Part shown: positions 39,830 through 50,534 of the stretch, piece after piece | How positions within the stretch are numbered: position 1 is the first letter of the stretch | Layout: each line of letters opens with the position of its first letter | Assembly: GCA_013239625.1 (NCBI GenBank) | Contig: MU057354.1 | Location: 27,676,459 to 27,740,458 of the forward strand | DNA: 64,000 nt | Source of the DNA: Lama guanicoe | Taxonomy: Eukaryota | Direction of reading: 5' to 3' | The notes under the pieces: generated by a model | The model's input: only the letters and a program-made list of their open reading frames with translations | Database searches by the model: none | What the model was told of the DNA's origin: nothing | Position numbers and translations under genes: made by a program

Positions 39830-41000
39830 TTATTCCAGCATCAGTATGTATTGAGTGGCTACCCTACACTAGCTGCTGAGAGTACAGGGGGTAAGTGAGG
39901 CATAGTCTCTGTTCTTATGTAGTTGAAAATTTAACATTTGAAAACTGTTGAAAATGCTATTGAGGGCTTGGTGGGTGGAATACACAGTAGACATATCCAG
40001 CCTGGATGGGAACAAGCGGAACAAGAAAGGCTGTCAGAGGAAATACAGTATCAGAGTTAGACAGTAGAGGGGTGACCAGTTGTCCCATGGACTTGAAATA
40101 GCCTATTCAAAGGTCTGGAGATGAGCTATGTTTGGGGAACCAGAAATAGATAAATACACTGGTAACAAAGAGTTTGATGCTAGGGAGTGATGAGTGATAG
40201 AGGCTGGAATGGGTAGCTGGGTCATGAAAGGCCTTATACACCAAGTTAAGGAATTCAAGTTTTGTCCTATGGGTAATGGGAAGCCGTTAGAGGGTAAATT
40301 AGTTTCCTAGAGTTACTGTGACAAATTACCACACACTTGATGGCTGGAAAAAACAAATTTATTCTGTCACAGTTTTGGATGCTAGAAGTCCAAAATCAAG
40401 GTGGCAGGCAGGGTTGGTTCCTCTGGAATCTCCGAGGGAGTATCTGTTCCACGGCTCTCTCCCAGCCCCTGGTGGTGCTTGGCAACCCTTGGCATTCCTC
40501 AGCTGGTGGCTTCATAACTCCAGTCTCTGCCCCTGTCTTCATATGGTTTTTTTTCTCGCTGTATCTTTTTCTTTTCAGTGTCTTTTAGGGACACTTATTC
40601 ATTGAATTAAGGGCCACTCTAATCCAGGATAATTTTCTCTCAAGACCCTACCTTAATTACATTGCAAAGACCTTTATTTTTAACAAGGTCACATTCTGAG
40701 ATTCAGGATGGAGGTCTTTTTGGAGGGCCACAATTCAACCCACTGCAGAGGGTTTTAGGAGGGCAGCTGAACAAATCAGACTTACGTTTCAGAAGGATTG
40801 CTCTGGCTACTGTGTGGAGAAGAGGTTTGAGGATAAGGCTGGGCCCCTGGAGATCAGTAGGAAGCTGAGTAAAGGATGCTAGAGGCTTTGGAATTAAGAA
40901 AGTGGAGGTGAACATAGGATACTCTGCAGATAGTTGGTTTGTGAAGGTGAAAAGAGAGGGCTATGGTTGAAGAGAGCATATGGTGGTGAGGAGGGGCTTT
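39830..41000 (-). mobile_element. LINE-2 interrupted by an MLT1 LTR
   Basis: The L2 text gggtaatgggaagccgttagaggg|ttttagga...aggattgctctggctactgtgtggag is continuous once the LTR is removed. Confidence 0.7.
40295..40747 (-). mobile_element. MLT1C-like solo LTR
   Basis: attagtttcctagagttactgtgacaaattaccacacac...gggccacaattcaacccactgca; perfect TSD GAGGG at 40290-40294 and 40748-40752. Confidence 0.9.
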
Positions 41001-41259
41001 TAAAGGATGGAACATACGTAGTGCATTTTTAATACGGGTGGGAATGATACTGTATCTACTAAGGGAAGTATTTGAAAATACAGGAATCAAGGTGGGGAGG
41101 TAGAGGTAATTGTTTTGATGAAAGGGAGGGAAATGGGGTCTGGAGCACAGCCTGTGCACAAAGCAGTACATCCATCTCATATCTGACTGCTCCTGGGTAT
41201 CTTAAAAGCTCCATGAATTTGATAATGGTGATGTTGAGGAAGACGGTTACTCCTGTTTG

Positions 41260-41455
41260 AGAACTCCCTATGTGCCAGGTGCCACACTGGTTATTTTCCA
41301 TGTGTTGCCTCATTTAATCTTTAATGTAGCTGTATTTTTTATCTCTTTTTACTGCTTAGGAAACTGAAGAGCAGAGAGGTTAAATAATTTGCCCAAGGCC
41401 ACACAAATAATAAGAGATAGAGTGTGATTTCCTTCCAGGCAGTGTGACTGCTGAA
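41260..41455 (-). mobile_element. MIR SINE
   Basis: ctatgtgccagg...catttaatc...aggaaactgaagagcagagaggttaaataatttgcccaaggccacaca. Confidence 0.75.
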
Positions 41456-41917
41456 CTCATGCCAGTAAACACGGCTACCTGTCCGGCTTCTGAAGGGAGA
41501 CGGAATAACCGACGTGTGTATACTTTTGTTCCATGATATGTGTTGGCTTTGATAAGCAGGCGCTATTATCATTTTGCAGATTACAAAGCTATTATCTTGC
41601 CTGTATTTTTTGTTTTGTTTGTTCTTTCACTCGCTTGCTACTAGATGGATTCAGTGAGGCAGTACCATTTATTTTCTTTATCTTTTCACGGGATTGGGGC
41701 TGGTTTGAGTCATCCTTTCTCTGTTTGTCTGGATGATAGGAAGAGGTGACTATTATCCCTTCGTATTAGTAATCCACATATTGAACCTGCCCAAGGACTA
41801 AAGCTGCTCTTAGGAGATTCATTTTCATAAGCATTTGCATAGACCCAACTGCCTTGAATAACTCTTACTGAGACCCGCTCTGAGACTGATTCCTTTATAC
41901 AACTTGATTTCTGAATT

Positions 41918-42524
41918 TCTTTCTTTCTTTTTTTGTTTTATTGAAGTATAGTCAATTTACAATGTTGTATTAATTTCTGGTGTATAGCATAGTGATTCAT
42001 TTATACATACATTATATTCATATTTCTTTTCATATTATTTTTCATTATAGGCCATTACAAGGGAATGGATATAGTTCCTTGTGCTATGCATTGGGACCTT
42101 ACTGTTTATCTATTTGATATACAGTAGTTAGTATCTACAAATCCTGAACTCCCAATTTATCCCTTCCCACCCCCTTTCCCCCTAGTTACCATAAATTTGT
42201 TTTCTATATCTGTAAGTTTCTGTTTTGTAAATAAGTTCATTTGTGTCTTTGTTTTGAGATGCCACATATAAGTAATATCATATGGTATTTATCTTTCTCT
42301 TTCTTACTTACTTCACTTAGTATGATGATCTCCAGGTCCATCCATGTTGCTTCACGTGGCATTATTTTATTCATTTTTATGGCTGGGGAGTATTCCATTG
42401 TATAGGCAGTTAGGTTGTTTCCATGTCTTGGCTAGTGTGTATAGTGCTGCTGTGAACATTGGGGTGCATGTATCTTTTTGAATTAGAGTTTCCTCTGGAT
42501 ATATGCCCAGTAGTAGGATTGCTG
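41918..42524 (-). mobile_element. LINE-1 3' end
   Basis: T-rich tail, 3' UTR and ORF2 end; possible TSD gatttctgaatt / gatttcttaact. Confidence 0.9.
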
Positions 42525-43359
42525 GATTTCTTAACTGAGTGTTGTCTTGGCTCAGATGTCATTTCCTTAAAGGAATTGTCCCTCAACCCAGAACTAGCTC
42601 TGACCTCTCTGTTACGTGTACCTACAGTTGAGCTCTGTGATTGGGACTCTTTAAAGCATACTGGGTAGCACTTAACCAGAGTCTTTGAAGCCCATTTTTT
42701 TTTTTGATGAGGAAGAAGTAGAGAAAGATGGAATTTCATCTTCTAAAATTCTAAAATATTAGCTGTCAAAATATAATTCTAATTTATTATACACTTGGCA
42801 TGGATTAAGAATTTTCTTGTCACTACTGATCATCATCATCATCATCATATTGCATAGTTGAGTTTGCAAAACTGTATCCAGGAAAACGACTTTCCTTCAT
42901 TTGCTAATGTTGATAGATGTTTATGTCTGAAAGTTCATCCCAAGTGATTATTTTTTTAAGCTTTAGGCAGCTGTATTTTTAAAAGACTTGCTTTGATAAT
43001 ACTGGTTAACCATTTTCGGCTCAACCTATCTGACTAATATCTCTCTAACAGCTAGCATGCTTGAAGTTGAATACTAGGGGCTGAGGATAGGGGCAAAGGG
43101 AGTTACATCCAGACAGAAGAAATCACACATGCAAAGAGCTGGAGGTTTGTCCTTTAGGAACTAGCCCAGCAGGGTGTACCTAGCAATAGTCCTCTTCCTT
43201 TCCCCTGTACACAGTTCTGGGGATGCCACCAAGCCAGGACTTGTAGAGTATCTGCCACTCAAAATAATAAGTGTAAAGATTCCAAATAACTTTGATCAGT
43301 TGTTAGAACTAAAAGTTGGTTCACTTGGTAATGTTTTTTCCTTTGTGTTCTTTTGCCAG

Positions 43360-43539
43360 TCCCTCCTGAAGCCATCAGCTTCTTGTCTGCAGTCGGGGTC
43401 CTTATTGTCCTTCTGGTTGTCCTCTTCCTCTTCATCAATAAGAAGCTGTGTTTGGAAACCCCAGGAGGCCTTTCATGCCTGGAGCAACGAGGGAAAAGAA
43501 AGCACTCTAAAGACAAGACCCGGATTCCTGAAGGGCTGG
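43360..43539 (+). CDS. SYT16: Internal coding exon (180 bp, phase 1/1) encoding the N-terminal transmembrane anchor of a SYT14/SYT16-subfamily synaptotagmin, most likely SYT16
   Basis: Polypyrimidine acceptor ttttttcctttgtgttcttttgccag|TC and donor CTGG|gtaagc. The frame is open: (x)PPEAISFLSAVGVLIVLLVVLFLFINKKLCLETPGGLSCLEQRGKRKHSKDKTRIPEGL. It is about 24/40 identical to the recalled human SYT14 segment SPEAVGFLSAVGVFIILMLLLFLYINKKFCFENVGGFPDL. That is too divergent for a mammalian SYT14 orthologue and fits its paralogue SYT16. The exon has no in-frame ATG, so the start codon must lie in an upstream exon. Confidence 0.85.
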
Positions 43540-44501
43540 GTAAGCAGTGCACTACACAGTCTCCCGAGCTTGGCATCTTGCTGTTGTCCGGGTCAGGAAG
43601 GGGGTGTCACCATTTCCAGGTTGGGCCCCATTAAGAAATCACACCTGAGCTGCTTAGCAGCCACTGTGGTGGATGTGATGAATGGACATGACTGAAGAAT
43701 GCATTAGCTTTAGGAAAGTCATGCTTTCTTTAGGGTCCGAAGAGCAGATGGGAAAAGGCTGACCACTGCTTCCTGTCTTCTTAGCTTCTTAGCTTTTTAG
43801 ATGTCTGTGTCGAGTTTCTTTCTGACTAATGCTTAAAGAAAAAAACGGATTTTGATTGACAAGAGCCTTGATGTGTTTAGTCTCACATGTTGAAACAGAG
43901 TTGGCATTTCCCTTCAGTTAGCTGTTTCTGAGATTTTTCAGGGCTCGGGGCCTCTCCCCACCTCATATGGCAACAGTCACTTTTCCAAGGGAGGTTTTTA
44001 CTCTTTAAGTTCACTGACTCTCGTACATCGTTTACTAACTTCCTTCAATTTGATGGGGAAAAATAACACATTGAAAGAAAAATTGGCTTCTTGCTCTTAA
44101 AGAACGTATTCTATTTTCAATTGTGGAAGTATAGAACTTTGTGGTACAGGATGTTATCACAGGGTGATGATTACCATCACATGGAAGATGGACATTTAAA
44201 GGCAGTGCTCTTTTCTCACAGGTAACAACTTTGCTTTTTTAAAATCAGTCTGATTCTCACCCTCTTCTCCCATGTCCCATGTGGGGCATGACAGAACTGG
44301 TGGAGAGACAGTCTTACATTACTTTTTGAGCCGAGGCAAGACCTGGAGAAGAACACCCCTGAGCCATTCCACCTCCTGGGCATAGTCTAGGTGAGCCAGC
44401 CAGAACCACAAAGAATATTTGGTTTATTCGTATGGCACCATATGTAGCCATGATTTAACTTTTTTGCTTTGATATAAGAAAAGGCATATTTTGGAAATAC
44501 A

Positions 44502-44975
44502 TGTGTATTAATTAACTATTGCTTTTACAAATTACCCCAAAACTTAAGTTCTTAAAAATGACAAATATTTATCTCACAGTTTCCAAATTCATGAATATGG
44601 GATTAGCTTAGTTGGGTGGTTATAGCTCAGGGTTTTTCATGAGGTTGCAATTCAGATGTCAGTTGTGGTCATCTGAAGGCTTGACTGGGGCTGACAGACT
44701 CACTTCCATGAGGGCAGAAAGTTTTAGTTCCTATGTGAACCCTCCACAGAGGTGCTTGAGTGTATTTATGGCTTGGCAGCTGGCTTCCCCCAGAGCGAGC
44801 AAGCCAAGAGAAGAGAGCGAGAGGAAGCCACAGTTGCTTTTATGACCTAGTCTGGGGAAGTCACACACTGTCACTTCTGCCACTTTCTGGTCATTTACTC
44901 AGTACAGCCTGTGCTCAAGGAAAGGGGAATTAGGCTTCACTTTTTGAAGGGAACAGTATCAAAGAGTGTCAGAGT
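44502..44975 (-). mobile_element. MLT1 (G/H-like) solo LTR
   Basis: acaaattaccccaaaacttaag...catctgaaggcttgactggggctg...tggcagctggcttcccccagagcgagc...ttttatgacctagtct. Confidence 0.8.
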
Positions 44976-46059
44976 ATATGAATGTATAGGAAAGAATAAT
45001 GGAAGGGGTATGTGTAAACTGCAGAGCTGGCGGTGGATCTGGCATTGCTCCTGTGGCAGGGGCCTTATTTTTTGAACTCCATTTGGGACATCTGGCTCAT
45101 GTTCTGAAAACAGAGTGGAATATTTAAAATAGAATTTGTTATGTGAAATCTGGGACTTACAAATGGTTTAGCCACTCGTGTCTCAGCTGGGACATAGGTA
45201 AGCGGGGCGAATAGACTTATGCTTGGTCCTGGGGTGATAAGGAGGTGGGGTTCATAGTGACTCTACTTTTATCCTTTCAGCAGCTGACTGTCACTAGTTG
45301 TGTGATGGAGGGAAATTACGGAGCCATTGTGAATGTGTTTCCTTATCTGTATATTGGGGTTATCAAAACATCCCTTGCAGGGTTGATCTAGAGTAAATGA
45401 CTAATTTTGTAAAGATACCAGCATGGTACCTATGGTAAAAGTCCTCATAGAACTTCAACCGTAGCTGTGTATTATTAACAAAATTCTAGTCACCATAATG
45501 GCTTCTAGGAATGACATCACACACGAACACATTGTGTTCATTACTTAAATTGGAAGATTAAAGCGGGTGATTTCTCCTTTTTAAGCTATAATGGCTACAA
45601 AGAGCTAAGGTTAGAGCCATTTAAGATATTTTCTCTTGTCTTGTTTGACATGTTATCGGAGTAATTTGGAGACAATTATGAATTATACTTGCAAATAAAT
45701 TGAGGTTTGAAGAGAATGTTGGAACAATAACAATAAAGCAGGAACCAGAAGCTGTTAGCTCGAGAAACACTGAAATCCGTGTCTCCAACTCAGAGTGGGG
45801 TCACGAGAAGGGAGCTTTAAGAATAGTTTAATCAGGAGAATCTACAAATTACAATGTCGAAGAAGCCAACACCTTCATTTTGACATTTCTCCTTTCAAGG
45901 TTTAATTATCATTGATCGAGAGTCTTTGAAAAATGTGCTTCTATCTGAGATTTTATCTAACTTTTGATGTTTGCCTTAATTATCCTCCTCAGAGCACTGA
46001 TTTCTCGGTGAAGATGGGATGTTCTTCACTTATTTTGACAAATGTAAAGAAGGCAGGCA

Positions 46060-46230
46060 GGCAGGCAGCCTGGTGTGGTGGAGAAAAGTGCAGTGCAGGC
46101 AGCTGGAGCTGGGTTTTGCCACTAATTGGCTCTGATATTTTGGGAAGCTCACCTCACCTCTCTGGGTCTCAAGTCCTCATCTGCGAATTGATGAGTCTGG
46201 ATGAGGTTTCTCCCAGTTGCTGTTGTGCCA
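46060..46230 (+). mobile_element. MIR SINE
   Basis: ttttgccactaattggctctg...cacctctctgggtctcaagtcctcatctg. Confidence 0.65.
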
Positions 46231-48419
46231 TCCTAGTTGGTCCTTAGGGTTACTATAGCAGTTTCTTCTCCAGGTCTCAGTCTATGAATGGAAAAGTTCT
46301 CATAAAAATGATTTAAAAAGCACCTAGACCATCCTACTCTTAGACTGAACCCATTTTAAATCGTCATTTTTATAGATCAAAAAACCAGCTGAACATCAGC
46401 GTCCCAATCATTATAATCTAATATATGTGAGGCTTTGAAGAACAGAATAGTTCTTTTCATTTGGGTGGTAATATCAGAGAGGCAGGAGTGACAATTTGTT
46501 TTTCTGAACCGGCTGTGCAGAATAACTTATCTCACAAAAATACCTTGCCTTTTAGGCTATATATTTTTTCAAAGTTCAGAAAGTTTACATATATCATGTT
46601 ATTTGGCTTTAAGTAAGGGAAGAAAGGAACAGAAACTATTTCTTCCCAATAATACAAGCAATAATAATAATTAGGTAATGATAATTGGTGGCTATCATTT
46701 ATTGAGCATTTACTATTGCCATATACCTGCTAGGTGTGTTACATGGATTTATTTGATTTCTTTATGCAAATTTCTTGTGGTGTTTGTTGGTAGTGATTGC
46801 TTTGAGGGAAGGGTGCATATGGCTTGCAATAAGGAAGCCATTGTTCAGCTTTGAGATTAAAAAAATGAATAAAAATAGAAACCCCATGGTGAGATAATGG
46901 TTTTAAAAGAAGCTTAGCTTTAAAGAGAGAGAGAAGAATTCTATTTTTCTGCTTTTTTTCCCCTCAAAAATCTTGCTTTCTGTATCAAAGGCCACATTTA
47001 GAAGTTGGAGCACAGAGCTTCATTTTCAGAGACAGTGTAGAAAGGACAGAGGATATGACACAATGGTGGTCCCTCCCAGGCAGAGAGGGAAGAAGGAAGG
47101 CTTTCCACCACTGGAGAGGGCAGCCCATGGCCTGGAAGGATGACAGGGAGAGAGATCTTGAGGCCTGGAGAGTTGCCTGGACCCTGAGAAGGGGGCGGAT
47201 GTGGGGCAGGGTCACAGTGGTTGTGATGCAGAGATCAGAGCCCAGCATGGCCTGAGGAGAAGGCAGAAAGCAGAGTACTGTGTGCATCCCACTCGGAAGG
47301 GTGGCAGGGGACTGCCCCACACCTGTCCCGTGTGGGCCTAGCGTGGCAGCAAGGGTAGCGCATACTGGCGGGAATCGGAGAGAGAACTGGAAAAGACACC
47401 TCCTGCAGTTCCTCAGGCCAGCAGTTCATGTCACACAGGGGTTTAGAAGTTCTTGCACGGCCCCATGGGGAGAAGAAGACAGGGGAGTAAGAGCCACTGT
47501 GCTCCTGCCAGGAGCTGTTGCACCTTGCGGTGGGGTGGGCCTGTATCGGAGGCTGGAGAGTAAACCACGTGAGGCCTGAGGGAACCAGGGCTGGCCTCAT
47601 GGGCATGCAGGCTGTGCAGCTGCACAAGCCCCATGCCTGGAAGGGATCCTGCTCTTAGTTCAGTGCTCTGCTGATGCCTTCTTGAAATTCTGAATGATTT
47701 TCGAACCAAGGGCCCTCTATTTTCTTTTTGCCCTGGGGCTTCAAATTACGCACTTGTCTTGCCTGGAAGATCACCGGGAGGTACTGCAGGTGTGGCCACT
47801 TCCTGGGGGATGCTATGGGGGCAGAGTCTGATTCGTCTGGAGGTCAGGGGAGCCAGCAGGGCGGAAGAGCCGTAGTGGTAAAGAAGCTCACATCTGTGCC
47901 CCGTGCTCCCTGGTGAGCAGGAGCATGGGGTGGTAGTGGAAATCCTCCAGACTGAGGATTTATCCCAAATGAAACTGACTGAATGACTTTGAAGGGGCAA
48001 GTTGAAGTTTAGTTTCTCAACACTGCGCATGGTGGTGGCAGGGTTGGGAGGTGATGGAGAGAGACAGAGCATGGTGGCAGCTCTTGTATCTTTAGGAAAA
48101 GCTGGTGCTCAGCTAGTGCTCAGCAAGTGCTCAGCAGTAAGGCTGTGCCAGCTGGAGCTTGGGAGTAAGGTGGTTAAAATGTGACAATCTCTTCCTACCT
48201 GGTACGTTAAAAGGCCCAGCTGCTGGGCTCCTCCTCAGGACCACCCCCACCTCTTCACTTACAACTGCATTGTGGCTTCTGGTCCAGCAGGGGCTCCAGC
48301 CTGCCCCAGTTCCCTCTGCTTGGGCTATGATGACTGCTGTGGTCAGGTATTTTTTATTTCAGTTCTGCTTTTAGATCAGAATATGTCCAAGGACAGCTTT
48401 CCCGTTACACAGTTTACTA

Positions 48420-48560
48420 AGGGGGTACCATTATCAGCTCCATTTTATAGATGAGGCAACTAAGGCTTCGAGAGATGAAATTTTTTCCAGGCTCTTAAGT
48501 GGCAGAGCTGGGACTTATTTCCCAAACAGCCTGATGTCAGAAGCCAGGTCTTCATTGCAC
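48420..48560 (-). mobile_element. MIR SINE
   Basis: ccattttatagatgaggcaactaaggct...aagtggcagagctgggactt. Confidence 0.75.
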
Positions 48561-48656
48561 TATTTTTCTGCATAACTAATTGTCCTAACTCAAGCCACTG
48601 TTTCATGCTTTTGAACTTCTGGGGAGGGAGAATGTAGGGGAGGAGTGTTCAGAGGA

Positions 48657-49067
48657 TGGTTTGGTTTCCTGCGGCTGCCATGCAAATCACCACAAACTTG
48701 GTGTCTTAAAACAACATAAACTGATTTTCTGCACAGTTCCAGAGACCAGAAGTCTGAAATCAAGGTGTTGGCAGATCCCTCTCTCCCCCAGCTTCGTGTG
48801 GCTGCCAATCATCCTTGGCATCCTTTGGCTTGTGGCTGCATCACTCCAATCCCTGCCTCCATCCTCACATTGCTACGTTCTGTGTGTGTCTGTCGACTCC
48901 GTGCCCCTTGTCACTGGATTTAGGTCTCACCCTGATAATCCAGGAAGATCTTCTTATCTCAAGATCCTTAACTTCATCACGTCTGCAAATACCCTTCCAA
49001 CATTCCCAGGTTCCAGGGATTAGGACATCAGCATATCTTTTGGGGGGCCACCATTCAGCCCATTATA
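48657..49067 (-). mobile_element. MLT1C-like solo LTR
   Basis: ggctgccatgcaaatcaccacaaacttgg...ggggggccaccattcagcccattata; TSD gagga/gaggg. Confidence 0.9.
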
Positions 49068-49983
49068 GAGGGAGAGGAGGTGGAAATGTCACTTGAGAGT
49101 TCTTATGAATTAAATATCTTTAGAAGGTTGAAATCTTCTACCCACCCCCCACCATCCCCTCATTGTGCTTTTTTCGTTCTGAAATAGTGGGATGAATGGA
49201 ATAGCCCCTCTTTACTTCTTGTGTCACCCTTCAGGAATGACTTTGAAGGGGCAAGTTGAAGTTTAGTTTCTTAACACCCATCTTGAAGGGTGGTACCTTC
49301 ACTACATACTTCACTTCAAGTATGTACCCCACTTGTTAATAGTCTAAATTGAAAATTGTCTTCTCTTCTGATCTTAATTTGCATAGACATGCATTTCTGT
49401 AAGTATGTGTTATATCAGGTTGAACTCTACAAAGTTAACTGTCTTTGTAGGTGGGGTTGAGTTTTGTCGGTTCAAGATAATACATGAGATGAAAAACTGA
49501 GGAGCTGTGAGAGTTTGAACATCCGGACAAGCTTTGATATATTTCATTGTGGTGTCTAGTGACTTGTTTCGGTGACTTGATTAAGACACAGATAATGGCG
49601 AATACCCTTAATGAACCTGTCCAAGTATAACTGATTGAACCCTGTTTTATGGGTACAAATTCCAAAGAACCCAGCTGAGAAGTTACTGGTTTGAGAATAT
49701 TCATTTGTTCATGCAGTATTATTCATTAGGAATTTATGTTACGCTGCACAGTGTGCTAAGTCCTGGAAATAAAGTGGTGAAAAAGAGAGATGTAGCTTCT
49801 ACTCTGGTGGAAATTCCGTTTTTTGGATAATGACAAAGAAACGAACAAAATGAAAAGTAAAGAGGCAAATAAAATAGTTATAGATTGTTATAAATGGTAT
49901 AAGGGTAAAAATAAAGACTAATTGACAGGCTGGAGAGATTTACTTTAGTTGGAGTTGAACACATCTTGCTTATTGCTGGGTAG

Positions 49984-50534
49984 AGAGAGAGAGAAAGATA
50001 CACAAATGCAGTATACTTGTTCTGTTTTTCTGGAGAACTCTCACTAATACAACTCCCAATGGCTAGTACAGACTTTTAGTTGTCCTACCTGTCTATTTAT
50101 GTGTGTGTGTGTATATACATATATATGTATATATTTATTTATATTTCTCTCTCTCATGTAAAATGTAAGGAATTAGTTTAAGTCTTTTAGAAATTATCTT
50201 GTTATATTATGGAGACTGGCAAGTCCAAAATATGCAGGTCTGGCCTATAGGCTACATAACCAGGAGAAAGCTAATGCTGCAGTTGAAGTTTGAAGATCAC
50301 TTGCTGGCAGAATTCCTTCTTGCTCAGGGGAGGTCAGTCTTTGTTAAGGTCATCAACTGATTGGATTCGGCCCACCCACATTATGGAAGAAAATCTGCTT
50401 TACCCAAAGTCCCCTATTTTAAGTGTTAATCTCATCCACAAAAAGCACCCTCACAGAAATATCCAGAGTAACATTTGAGCAAACACCTGGACACTGAGGA
50501 GCAACCAAGTTGATACATAAAATTAGCCATCACG
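49984..50534 (-). mobile_element. MLT2 (ERVL) solo LTR with one terminus inverted
   Basis: The minus-strand body (ggagactggcaagtccaaaat...aagttgatacataaaattagccatcac) ends at 50534. The other terminus (ttctgtttttctggagaactctcactaataca, ending at 50051) is in the opposite orientation. Confidence 0.85.

Noticed and set aside
43360-43539. Assignment of the exon to SYT14
   Set aside because: About 60% identity to recalled human SYT14 is too low for a mammalian orthologue of this conserved gene; the paralogue SYT16 fits better.
43540-43634. Continuation of the 93-aa ORF (43353-43634) beyond the donor site, and its TTG start
   Set aside because: Homology ends at a consensus gtaagc donor and the TTG lies in the acceptor tract, so these parts are intronic.
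43174-43695. 173-aa + strand ORF and 105-aa - strand ORF overlapping the exon
   Set aside because: Shadow frames of the TM exon with no recognisable homology.
46985-48072. Cluster of 60-130 aa ORFs in GC-richer DNA
   Set aside because: No homology recognised; possibly a decayed LTR that I cannot classify.
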